A stretch of DNA of 64,000 nucleotides from Scyliorhinus canicula (Eukaryota): NCBI RefSeq assembly GCF_902713615.1, contig NC_052158.1, forward strand, positions 51,898,539-51,962,538, in the 5' to 3' direction. The notes under the pieces are model-generated. The model saw nothing but the letters and a program-made list of their open reading frames with translations, was not told the origin of the DNA and made no database searches. Both the position numbers and the translations under genes were made by a program. This document shows positions 23,913 to 36,183 of this stretch, piece by piece. Within the stretch, counting starts at the first letter, position 1. Each line of letters begins with the position of its first letter.

Positions 23913-24185
23913 ACTCCGAGAGAACCCAACAATTTGAATCAGAAATCCAATTGGGAAAAGGAAAAACCACAAGTGTTCAAGTAGTTCACATCAATCCTCA
24001 TAATTCGGAAGTGTGTTTTTTGCATGCGTAACTAACAGGGTTATAATGTAAAACCGAGATATTTTTGTAGCGACAAACTGTCGGGAGTTTATAATTCGGA
24101 AAATAGCAAAAGCCGTACCCGTATTTTATAGCATTGCCTTAATATCCCTCGTTCCAAATTTAAAAGAGAGCATAAGATAGAAGAA

Positions 24186-25860
24186 ATGGCCATGCAGGCA
24201 ATGGAACGCCTCATGAACCCAGAGCAGTTCGTGGTCGCAGCAACCAGCAGCAGCAGAGTAGTTCAGTGTCCCGTTTGGGAGCTGGAACTCAGGAAGTACC
24301 TCAAAGGGAAAGGAGGTGAGTTTTGTTCGAATGAGGAGATAGGTCCCGGGAGTATAGGGCATATTTGGTGGGAGAACCTGTCTAAAATTCATAAGAAAGG
24401 TTTGAGTAAAACACGTAAGCCGATGGCAATTGTGCCCTGCTTGGCACAATTGTGAGGCACAGAGGAGGTCGTCAGGACGCTCCGAGCAGATTTAGAGGAG
24501 AGTAACAGAATGAGCAAAGTGGATGTCAGGGACATCGAGAGAGAGAATTTAGAATTAAGGCAAAAGTTGGCAGATAAGGATAGAGAGGTGGATGATTCCA
24601 AGAGGGCACACCAGTCTTGTCTAGCCCATCTGAGCAGCTCCCAGGTACAATACGAAAAAGCCTATCAAGATGTGCAGTGTGCAGTCTTGATAAGACAAGA
24701 ATCAGAGAAGCAGGTAGAGACACTGAAGAAGCAGTGTTGCAACCTGAAGGCAGCTTTAAGGGCACTCCATGCTGCCACCACTGAGCAAAGGTAAAGCACA
24801 GTGGACCATGCTAAGTGTAGGAAACAGATTGCGGAGCTGCAATCTCTGCTTTCTGTGCAGAATGGCTTCCAAAAAACTTTGGAACACAATTAGAGGAAGA
24901 GAATGAACCAGATTGGCAGGAGTTAAGCAAGACAGCACAGCGATATGTTCAGGGAACATGTGCACTAGAAACGCAGCAGAAAAGGGAAGCGCCCAAACCC
25001 CCCACAGATCAGATAGCACCCGCACCAATGAACCCAATCACTACCCAACGAAAAGCAACCGCAGACGGCGCACCCGAGATCACCTACACCACCCCCTTAA
25101 CCGTGACTCAACTAAGGGACGCGTGTGAGAAAATCACCCCGTTCCTCCCCACCTCAGACCCCCACCAATTCTTTGCAAGAGTTAAACAACAGGGGACCAT
25201 GTACGGCCTCGATGCGCGAGAGCAGGTTAAGCTCACAGTTGAGTTTAGACTCATCAGTAGTTGCAGCCCTCCCCGACCCACAGAACGTTGGAGGAGGCAC
25301 CCTCGAAGAAATGCATACAGCTATTTTGGATGCAATAGGATATAACAGAGGAGACCCAGTTGAAGGCCTAAACAAGTGTAGGCAGAAAAAGACCGAGCAC
25401 CCCACAGCATTCGCAGGAAGGCTGGGGATTCACTTCACTGCAGTTTTCGGTGAATTAGACCACGCACATTTGACCGAAGATAACATGGTTAAATGGACCC
25501 GTACTATTATCTCCCACGCCACAGAGGCAGGACAGAAAGCCTGCTCTAATTAAGACCCCTCAGAAGAGACCCATAATTAAAAATTGGTCTTGAAAAGATT
25601 GTCCCGCGCTTGGGAGTAATCTGTGCACAGTAAGAGCTCACCAAAACCCCGCATGGGTAAACGAGGGACAGAACAGCCCCCCACAGAAGTCACAGGAATG
25701 TTTTAACTGCGGACAGTTAGGGCATTTTGCTAGAGAATGCAATGCACCACAAAAACCTCAGAGAGGCCAGCAGACAGGCACTCTGAACAGGAATAGAGCA
25801 AAGCCTATTCACAGTATAGGGACGCAGTCAGGACAGACCAATGTGTACGGAACAGACTGA
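24186..25860 (+). pseudogene. gag: gag (coiled-coil region, capsid-like region, one CCHC knuckle), several stops
   Basis: ATG at 24186; CFNCGQLGHFAREC at ~25698-25740; terminal TGA at 25858-25860. Confidence 0.85.
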
Positions 25861-28800
25861 CGGTGTTCGGGCTCCCCCACTTGGGTCTGTGACACACTCT
25901 GGGACACATCCGGATGACCGGTAGTCACAGCGAAAATTCGGGGAAAGCCCATAGAGTTACTCTGGGATACAGGAGGGTCCCGCACGACCATTAATTCCTC
26001 CACTACACCACAGGCAGACACGTGGCCCACAACAGCCACAATAACACTCAGCGAATTTACAGGACACTCACAGCAAGGAACCATTACAGCCCCTCTACCA
26101 ATTCAGCTAGGGAATATCTCCACCAGTTGTTTTAGTTGATCTGCCCCACACAGCAGAACACATGCTGGGCATTAATTTTATGAATGCACACAGCCTGTCG
26201 TTCGACCCAGTCAATCAGTGTGTCTGGCGAATGGCAAGGTCTGAAAGAGCACCCGCAATGCTCACAGTAGGTGAGTATGAAAATAGGATTAGCGCAGTAG
26301 GCGACTATTGTTTTGACCCGACCACGCTCAGCATGACAAACAGGTTAGGGCAGTTTTAAACAAACACAGGACAGCATTTGCCAGTCACCATCACGACTGC
26401 GGCAGGATGACTGGACAAGTTCAGATTACAGGACCTGACCCGAGACCACAAAGACAGTATAGATTTCCCCTGGAAGCAGAGGAAGAAATTGGAAAGGTTA
26501 TAGAGAGCTTATTAGAGCAGGGCGTACTAAGGACAGTAGCCTCCACTAATAATGCCCCTATTTGACCAGTGAGGAAGCCCGACGGATCATGGCGTCTGAC
26601 CATTGATTATCGGGAACTCAACAAAGTTACCCCAGCAGTAGCCCCCATGGTAGCAACAAGTCCCGAGACCATGCTCAAGCAGGGACTCAACTCCAAGTAT
26701 TTTACGGTTTTGGACATTAGCAACGGCTTTTGGTCAATCCCATTGGCGAAGGCGTGCCAGTACAAATTTGCCTTTACTTCTAAAGGTCAGGAGTGCACGT
26801 GGACATGCCTCCCACAAGGATTCCACAACTCCCCCTCCATTTTCCACCGACAGCTGGCAAATGGACTAGCAAAATTTTCCCAACCCGAATGTCTGGTACA
26901 GTATGTGGACGACCTATTACTGCAGACAGACACCAAGGAAGAGCACATCATGCTTCTGTCTGAACTCCTACAACTCTTACAGTCAATCGGATGTAAAGTA
27001 AACCCCAGAAAGGCCCAACTATTGGAGAATAAAGTGATGTATTTGGGTACAATCATCACGCATAGCAAACGCGAGATTGAGTTCAAAAGAATTGACTCGA
27101 TCGTCAAATTGCCCCTTCCCCAAAATGTTTCAGCCCTCCGGTCATTTTTAGGACTGGTTGGGTATTGTCGGAACCATATCGATGGTTTTGCGACCAAGGC
27201 AGCCCCACTTTCAGACCTCCTTAAGAAAGGAGCCCCTTGGGAATGGCTTCTGCAGCATACAGAGGCTTTGGAAGATTTAAAGAAAGCCCTTAGCGCAGCT
27301 CCTGCACTACAAGTTCCAGGCCCGCTTTCCCCCTATGCAATTGAGGTAGCAAGCACAGATCTGACCCTCTCGGCCGTGCTCCTTCAGGAACGGCACGAGC
27401 AGCTACGACCAGTGGCTTATGCCTCCAGACTTTTAGACCCAGTAGAGCAAGGATTTTCAGCCTGCGAAAGGCACCTACTTGCAGTATTCTGGGCAGTACA
27501 GAACTTTTCTTACATTACCGGACTAAACCCCATAACGATTCTGACCGAACACCCCCCCACACAGCTTCTATTGGATGGACGACTGAAGGACGGTTCAGTT
27601 AGCCAAATTAGAGCAGCTAGGTGGACCCTTCTTTTACAAGGAAGGGACATCACAGTTAAACGGACTAAGACACACCTTCTCAGCAGACAACCTCCAATAC
27701 CCAGGACAACCCCATGATTGCGAGATAGTACCCCCCTCCACAACACAGGACCCTTCATTGCAAAGACACCCCCCAAGAAGATAGGAAGTTCAACTCAAAG
27801 CCCCCAGCACACAGACACGTGTGGTGTGTCCCCTTGTAGATTTATGTGGATGGTTCATCCACTGTTTTTAATGGTGAGCGCATTACAGGATGCGGCATCT
27901 ATGTAGAAGTGCACAGGGACGCGCATTAGAAGAGATATCTTTAAAGTTACCTGGTCACTTAGGCACGCAGGCAGCAGAACTCACGGCCATAGCTTACATA
28001 GTGGACCACCCAGATTCGTTCCCCAGCCCAGCAGATATATATTCTGACAGTCTATATGTCTGCAACAGTTTAACGGATTTCCTACCCATGTGGAAGACAA
28101 GAGGCTTTGTTTCCGCGGATGGAAAGCCCCTTCCATCAGCCCCATTGCTCCGCCATATCCTAGAACAGGCAAAGGATAGGATTTACGGAATAATTAAAGT
28201 AAGAAGTCATCATCGGTCATCCCCCCTGGAAATGTGAAAGCCGACGCACTGGCTAAAGCAGGTTCCAGGCACGGACATTTTTGGACACCCCCAGCTAGCG
28301 CCCCAGCTAGCGCCCCTGTGAGTTCAGTTCAGGTCTCACAGACAGACATTGAGGATCTAGTACAGGCACAAAGACAGGACAGCAATCTCAGGGAGATTAG
28401 TAGAGGAAGGTTTTTGGCCCCTTACGACAAGTTTAAACACGCTCTGACCACACACGAGGGTGTGGTTATGAACGATAAATTGTATGTGGTTCCTGTGAAA
28501 GACACGAATCAAATTATTGCCTTATTCTGTTGCACGTTTTACTATGGGCGTAAAACGCGTTTATTGGAGTGTATTAACACGCCTCCGAGTTCGACGTGTG
28601 CTTAACACTGCTAGGCTCTGTTCTATGTAATTATTTAAGCTCTGGAGTCGCCAGCTGCCGTATAGGCAACGTCACAAGTATTCCAAGGTCAAATTCAAAG
28701 TAATAAAGATGATACACCGATTAGTCAAGTTCAAACGATCAATATTTATTATACAGTTAATAATAAATACTCATGCACACACACTAAGAGACTAAGCTAC

Positions 28801-31055
28801 AACTAAACATAAGCAAACAGAATACTTATCTAACAGGAACAGGCAAGGTCAGAGAACGAGGCCTTCGTCCTGGTTTTGTCTGCAGCCTTCAGCAAGCGTT
28901 CTGGCACTTGGGAGTCTAGCGGGCTTGGATCGCGTAGCGAGCGTTGAACTTACGGTTTCGGCGGCTGGTGCTCAACGGCTGGAGTCAGGATACCAGGTGT
29001 CAGTCGGGGCCGGAGCACAGGTTTAACAGACCGGACAACACGAGGTCCCTATCTTTTATAGGGGTTCCGTTGTCCTTCCCTCTTCTCGGGCGGGCTCTAC
29101 CTATTGGATCAATTTCTTATCGATACTGGATTAATTCCCCAATGCGAGGGGGTCTCCGTGATGGAGGGGGCGTTTCTTATGTCCTTTTGTTCGGAGGTTT
29201 CTGGTGCCTCGATGTCTGGGTCTTGATTGGAATGTGTCCATTCAGAACCAAATGTATCTATTGTGTGGGTGTTCAAGTCTGATGGCCTCATTAGCATGCA
29301 AAGCGTTTTGCCATTTGCACCTAGCTAAGGTCTCTTCACCTGAGCCCAAACTGGTTTCTGCTGCTGCAGAATGCAAACTGCTCTTTGCAGACTGCTGTTC
29401 TGGCTGAACTGTCTGTTTCTCAGCAGCCTTCCATTTTAGTTTGGCTCAGTGTCCATTTTGCGTGGCCAGCATGGCTACAATTCCATGACAGTCATGGACA
29501 TCAAGGGATAGACCCCACCACAGCCCACCTGAGACAGCTCTGTTGGTGGCCAAATTTGAGAGAGGATGTAACACATTACATCGATAATTGTTTAATTTGT
29601 GCACAGAATAACCCGGAGAGGTATTCAAAGAAGGCACAGCTCAGTTACTCTCGCCCCGTTAATGGCCCCTGGACAAACCTCCAGATCGATTTTATAGGAC
29701 CATTGCCCCCTTGAAGGAATGGCTATAAATACGTACTGGTGGTCATTGATACGTTCACGAAATGGGTAGAGGCTTTCCCATCTCGAACTAACACAGCCAA
29801 AACTACCGCAAAGATCCTGACACACCACATCTTTACTAGATGGGGACTCCCCAGAAGTATTGAGTCGGACCAGGGATCACATTTTACAGGACGGGTCATG
29901 AAGAAAGTCCTGACCATATTCGGCATTAAACAAAATTTCCACATTGTGAACCACCCCCAGTCCAACGGTATAGTGGAACGCATGAATCGGACTCTAAAAT
30001 CGACCCTTAGAAAGATGGTCCAGGAAAACAGTACAACTTGGGATTCGGTGCTCCCATTCGCACTTATGTTCTTAAGGAATACGGTTTCAGCTTCAACAGG
30101 TTTCATCCCACACACACTCATGACCGGACGCCCCATGAAAGGTTCTGAATTCCTTTTAGGACTTTACATGACCAGCCCAGATGTGACGCCCCTCACACAC
30201 GAGACAGCAGTAAAGCAATTAGTGGAAAATGTAAGATCGGCTCAATTAACAGCCGCAGTTAAATTGGGAAAGAAAAAGAAACAGAGCAAGGCTTGTTTCG
30301 ACAGAACAGTACATTCCACAGAGTTTCAGGTTGGACAACAGGTAATGTTATCTGTGTATAACCCCAGCATGTTTTTGGCCCCAAAATGTTCCGGCCCGTA
30401 CTCAATTGTGGACAAAATCAGTCCGTCAGTATATAAGATAAAGTACCCCAATGGGAAGACTGCCTGGTTCCATATCAACCAGTTAAAGGCATATGGAACA
30501 CAGTCCAACCACACACACCATGTCCTGCTAGATGCAGCAGAACACCACGCCCCGCCCACAAGAGTCACATTTCCACCCTCCCCCTCACAGACCAGCACCT
30601 CATCGGACTCGACCTCGACTCCGCCCATTGACTTCAGACCACGCCCCGAAACGCCCACAAGCTGCCACAGCAGAGACAGCGACTGTGACTCTGACGACAG
30701 CCACAGCATGCCTCTCTACTGCCCTGATACAACAGACCCCACACACACCGACTACGAACCTGACTCCAGTGATTTGGAGATCACTTACATTAAGACACCA
30801 GACCCACACCCAGACCCACCGCCCAACTATGACGACCCCGACAACGTTCACACAAATTTGGACACGACAATTTGGCACCGAGACAACTCTTACAGGCTCG
30901 TCCGGAATGACGAGAAAGACCCTCGGTCACACAACTCACTCATAGCATGCCTGATCCATACAAGGTTATGGGATCCGGGAGAAGAGGATGACTTTAAGTC
31001 TGACTCCCGACACGGCAACCCCTTTGCGCCCCTGTTCGCAGAAGATAATGATTGA
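25861..31055 (+). pseudogene. pol: pro-pol: protease, RT, tether, RNase H, integrase with long C-terminal extension
   Basis: LLWDTGGS; LDISNGFWSIP, LPQGFHNSP, YVDD; degenerate RH (EVAS/ERHL/TEH); second RH (YVDGSS at 27843, QAAEL, YSDS, KADALAK); IN HHCC, IDFIGP, SDQGSHF, ERMNRTLK, GPY. Confidence 0.92.
28528..29479 (-). mobile_element. Antisense solo LTR of a related family inserted between RH and IN
   Basis: TG...CA ends; TSD ATTC at 28524-28527 / 29480-29483; removing it restores NQIIALF|HDSHGHQG; minus-strand TATAAAAG and AATAAA. Confidence 0.9.
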
Positions 31056-31893
31056 GGTGTCCAGATGATGTAAAAAGAGGAACCGCTTGAGAGATAAACG
31101 GTGTCCTTTTCTGATGGAACCTGCAGTATGTTTGTTGCATGTTTGTTTGTTTGTGTTTTGTTTGTTTTCCAGCAACAGTAACTCTGCAGCCACTTGCACA
31201 GTTTGTCCGCCGATACCCACGGGAACTTGCCAAGCTTGCTGGTCAGCTAGGACAGCTGAGAGCTTGCCCGGACCCCATTTCATAACTGCTCTTCTGTTTG
31301 GAGGACAGAAGAGGCAACCCCAATGATGACTACATTCTTGCCCATTCGTTTCAGGTCGCTCAGGCAGTGGAGAAACGGCATTGGGGACCCGCCCTGTCTG
31401 AGGACCACCCCACTGGTCCACTAAGCTTGGGTACAGCACAGCACGCCCTACCCGGGGATTCCACCCAAATCTTACCCGTCGTGGCCCATACGCAACTCAT
31501 TCGAAACTCTTATTTCTAAAAAGTTTGGTTTTGTTTCCTTTGTTTAGGTAGCCCTTTGGTTGCCATTCCAGATGCTATTTACATCCATGAACATTGGGAT
31601 GGTAAATTGCAAAGCCTGCAAGACGGCTCGCAGTGGTACAGTATTTGAGTATATGCCTGGTCCTAAATTTGTTTAGAAAAAAAAATGAGGGGAGTCACAG
31701 GGAGTGACTTGACCATTCATAAAGGGAAATTGACACAAGAGGACAGATATACTATCATTCGAGGTATTAAGCAGAACACTAACAGACACTATGTTTGATC
31801 CCATAGCTTTCGGACGTTCGAATGAGCGACCAAAGCAGGATCAGAGCAGGGTCAAAGCACTAAAAGAGAACAGGAAGAGAAGAGAGAAGGAAA

Positions 31894-32229
31894 ATGACAA
31901 CGCCTACTGTATTTTTCCTTTTAATATGTTCATATTTGCACGCAAACGCGAACCCCCTTTCCCCTATGACCCCGGCCGTTAATGTTTCCCAGACACAGAC
32001 CACTCCAAGCCCAGTAGACGGCAACAGTACCCCGACCTGGTGTACCAGATATCTAACTTGGTACTCCTTGTCATATGTCGTAGAGTCACTTTTGGCACTA
32101 GCGATTGTCTGCATCATAGTTCAGACCCTTCGGATAAGGAGAGCATACCGCTCTCGCGCCTTGACAGTATATAGAATGCAATCCCCTATTTTCGGATTTC
32201 ACCAGTCCCCCCAACCCCTTGACGTGTGA
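31894..32229 (+). CDS. Small predicted type-I membrane glycoprotein (111 aa) in the env position
   Basis: Hydrophobic signal (VFFLLICSYLHANA), S/T/P-rich ectodomain with NVS and NST sequons, TM (SLSYVVESLLALAIVCIIVQTL), basic stop-transfer RIRR; A at -3. Confidence 0.6.
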   Translation: MTTPTVFFLLICSYLHANANPLSPMTPAVNVSQTQTTPSPVDGNSTPTWCTRYLTWYSLSYVVESLLALAIVCIIVQTLRIRRAYRSRALTVYRMQSPIFGFHQSPQPLDV

Positions 32230-32416
32230 TAAAGGATTTATTTTTGCGTTTGTTGTCTTGTAAATAAAGGAACTTTTCAATTGATTGTAACACTGAGCTC
32301 GACTGCCGAGCCAGAGAAATGGAATGTAATACTACTATTGTTTATAAGGTTAGGAAGTTAGGATGTTTTAAAATGTTTGAGTGAGTATAGTTTATCAAGG
32401 ATAGTTAGAGGGCCCC

Positions 32417-35118
32417 GAATAAGGATGACATCCGGGCAATAGTAAGGGATGACATCGGTGCTATGGAGGATAAGGTTGAATCCATTTGGGTGGAAATCAG
32501 GAATAGTAAGGCGAAAAAGTCACTGATAGGAGTAGTCTATCGGCCACCAAATAGTAACGAGATGGTGGGGCAGGCAATAAACAAAGAAATAACTGATGCA
32601 TGTAGAAATGGTACAGCAGTTATCATGGGGGATTTTAATCTACATGTCGATTGGTTTAACCAGGTCGGTCAAGGCAACCGTGAGGAGGAGTTTATAGAAT
32701 GTATCCGCGATAGTTTCCTAGAACAATATGTAATGGAACCTACGAGGGAACAAGCGGTCTTAGATCTTGTCCTGTGTAATGAGACAGGATTGATTCATGA
32801 TCTCATAGTTAGGGATCCTCTCGGAAGGAGCGATCACAATATGGTGGAATTTAAAATACAGATGGAGGGTGAGAAAGTAAAATCAAATACTAGTGTTTTG
32901 TGTTTAAACAAAGGAGATTACAAGGGGATGAGAGAAGAACTAGCTAAGGTAGACTGGGAGCTAAGACTTTATGGTGGAACAGTTGAGGAACAGTGGAGAA
33001 CCTTCCAAGTGATTTTTCACAGTGCTCAGCAAAGGTTTATACCAACAAAAAGGAAGGACGGAAGAAAGAGGGAAAATCGACCGTGGATATCTAAGGAAAT
33101 AAGGGAGAGTATCAAATTGAAGGAAAAAGCATATAAAGTGGCAAAGATTGCTGGGAGATTAGAGGACTAGGAAATCTTTAGGGGGCAACAGAAAGCTACT
33201 AAAAAAGCAATAAAGAAGAGTAAGATAGAGTATGAGAGTAAACTTGCTCAGAATATAAAAACAGACAGTAAAAGTTTTTACAAATATATAAGACAAAAAA
33301 GAGTGGCTAAGGTAAATATTGGTCCTTTAGAGGATGAGAAGGGAGTTTTAATAATGGGAAATGAGGAAATGGCTGAGGAACTGAACAGGTTTTTTGGGTC
33401 GGTCTTCACAGTGGAAGACACAAATAACATGCCAGCGACTGATAGAAATGAGGCTATGACAGGTGAGGACCTTGAGAGGATTGTTATCACTAAGGAGGGA
33501 GTGATGGGCAAGCTAATGGGGCTAAAGGTAGACAAGTCTCCTGGCCCTGATGGAATGCATCCCAGAGTGCTAAAAGAGATGGCTAGGGAAATTGCAGATG
33601 CACTAGTGATAATTTACCGAAATTCACTAGACTCTGGGGTGGTCCCGGTGGATTGGAAATTAGCAAACGTGACGCCACTGTTTAAAAAAGGAGGTAGGCA
33701 GAAAGCAGGAAATTATAGGCCAGTGAGTTTAACTTCGGTAATAGGGAAGATGCTGGAATCTATCATCAAGGAAGAAATTGCGAGGCATCTGGATAGAAAT
33801 TGTCCCATTGGGCAGACGCAGCATGGGTTCGTTAAAGGCAGGTCATGCCTAACTAATTTAGTGGAATTTTCTGAGGACATTACCAGTGCAGTAGATAACG
33901 GGGAGCCGATGGATGTGGTATATCTGGATTTCCAGAAAGCCTTTGACAAGGTGCCACACAAAAGGTTGCTGCATAAGATAAAGATGCATGGCATTAAGGG
34001 TAAAGTAGTAGCATGGATAGAGGATTGGTTAATTAATAGAAAGCAAAGAGTTGGGATAAATGGGTGTTTCTCTGGTTGGCAATCAGTAGCTAGTGGATCC
34101 TCAGGGATCCGTGTTGGGCCCACAATTGTTCACAATTTACATTGATGATTTGGAGTTGGGGACCAAGGGCAATGTGTCCAAGTTTGCAGATGACACTAAG
34201 ATGAGTGGTAAAGCGAAAAGTGCAGAGGATACTGGAAGTCTGCAGAGGGATTTGGATAGGTTAAGTGAATGGGCTCGGGTCTGGCAGATGGAATACAATG
34301 TTGACAAATGTAAGGTTATCCATTTTGGTAGGAATAACAGCAAACGGGATTATTATTTAAACGATAAAATATTAAAGCATGCCGCTGTTCAGAGAGACTT
34401 GGGTGTGCTAGTGCATGAGTCACAGAAGGTTGGTTTACAAGTGCAACAGGTGATTAAGAAGGCAAATGGAATTTTGTCCTTCATTGCTAGAGGGATGGAG
34501 TTTAAGACTAGGGAGGTTATGTTGCAATTGTATAAGGTGTTAGTGCGGCCACACCTGGAGTATTGTGTTCAGTTTTGGTCTCCTTACTTGAGAAAGGACG
34601 TACTGGCGCTGGAAGGTGTGCAGAGGAGATTCACTAGGTTAATCCCAGAGCTGAAGGGGTTGGATTATGAGGAGAGGTTGAGTAGACTGGGACTGTACTC
34701 GTTGGAATTTAGAAGGATGAGGGGGGGATCTTATAGAAACATTTAAAATTATGAAGGGAATAGATAGGATAGATGCGGGCAGGTTGTTTCCACTGGCGGG
34801 TGACAGCAGAACTAGGGGGCATAGCCTCAAAATAAGGGGAAGTAGATTTAGAACTGAGTTTAGGAGGAACTTCTTCACCCAAAGGGTTGTGAATCTATGG
34901 AATTCCTTGCCCAGTGAAGCAGTTGAGGCTCCTTCATTACATGTTTTTAAGGTAAAGATAGATAGTTTTTTGAAGAATAAAGGGATTAAGGGTTATGGTG
35001 TTCGGGCCGGAAAGTGGAGCTGAGTCCACAAAAGATCAGCCATGATCTCATTGAATGGCGGAGCAGGCTCGAGGGGCCAGATGGCCTACTCCTGCTCCTA
35101 GTTCTTATGTTCTTATGT
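32417..35118 (+). mobile_element. CR1 LINE (APE+RT, 5'-truncated) inserted in the provirus 3' region
   Basis: ORFs 32463-33170, 33303-34145, 34093-34746 and 34751-35023; tail (TTCTTATG)n. Confidence 0.94.
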
Positions 35119-35273
35119 CCCCTATGACATAGCGCCAAATAGAGATTGTGGATAAAAATTTTCTGCATAGTTGAGGAAAGTGCAGAGGCCATGGAACTCG
35201 CTGAGGTCAGGGAACGGAGACACCGTACTTAGGTGATCCTTCACGCTTTCGCGTTAGGATCACAAGGAGGGAG

Positions 35274-36183
35274 TGTAGCCACCTGGGTTGGCCACTTCCT
35301 CACACAAAATGGAAGAACGCAAAGGTTACAGGGAAAAATGGACATTGGCAAAGAAACAAGCAGTCTGCAGAATCCCCTGTATTCTGGCTGTATACAGAAA
35401 CCAGACAGAATTGTAACTAACGAGCTGCGCATATTAAGTGAGCGATTCACGGTGATTCCCAGGCACAATGGACACAACAGTTAACTGCAATCGCTACATT
35501 CTATAAAAGGTCAGACATCCCGGCGCCAGTGGAGTCTGAAACAAAGGACACAAATAAGGTGGAAGGAACCGCCCAGTGATCGAGGAATAGCCCCGTTATT
35601 GGGGAAATTCAAATCAATCGATTGGGAAGAGACCCAATCGATTGAAAGTTTATAGAGGGTCCGCCCAGAAGGGCGCGAAGCCCCTGGGACCTACAAAAGT
35701 CAGATCCCAGGACTGATTCGTTCTTCTTGACCAGCCGGCACTCCCAGCAGAACACCTTTGCAGCAGAAGACCTTGAGAAGGAGAGGCCTGGTCAGCAGCC
35801 GCCATCAAGTAAGTGTCATACAATGCACGCTACGAGGGTAGACACTCCTGACCCCTTTAGTCCACAACTATTGGAAACCTGCGGATCCAGGACAAAGCTA
35901 GAGGCCATTGTTCCCTGATCCGGCAGTTCCCTTATTCCAGATAAGTATTGGCCCGTTAGTGGTAGGATTAGCCTAGTCTTGTAGTTTTATATGCACAATT
36001 AGTAGATAACTGTATTATAATAAACGTGTATTGTTTGAACTTACTAACTGGTGTATTGAGTCATTGGTCTGAACTTGAACTTGAATCTTGTGGCGGTATC
36101 ATAAGGATACCTGACGACTCTAGAGTTAAGGAATAAAACAGAGCCATTTGAGTGTAAAGCACACTCACGCAGAACGAGCAACA
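35274..36183 (+). mobile_element. 3' LTR, preceded by PPT AAGGAGGGAG (35264-35273)
   Basis: TG start after the purine tract; TATA-like CTACAAAAG at ~35690; AATAAA at ~36018 and 36132; ends CAACA followed by the TSD. Confidence 0.93.

Larger units (their letters stand above)
22982..36183 (+). mobile_element. Full-length decayed endogenous retrovirus-like provirus (dual-RNase H pol, no env)
   Basis: Paired LTRs TGTAGCC...GAGCAACA; 4-bp TSD GGAT (22978-22981 / 36184-36187); PBS, gag, pro-pol and PPT in order. Confidence 0.95.

Noticed and set aside
32463-35023. Long ORFs in the provirus 3' region as env
   Set aside because: They are CR1 endonuclease and RT from a later LINE insertion.
22982-36183. 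Calling the provirus a foamy virus or a plain Gypsy
   Set aside because: The CCHC Gag and in-frame gag-pol argue against foamy; the second RNase H argues against ordinary Gypsy. Left unassigned pending phylogeny.
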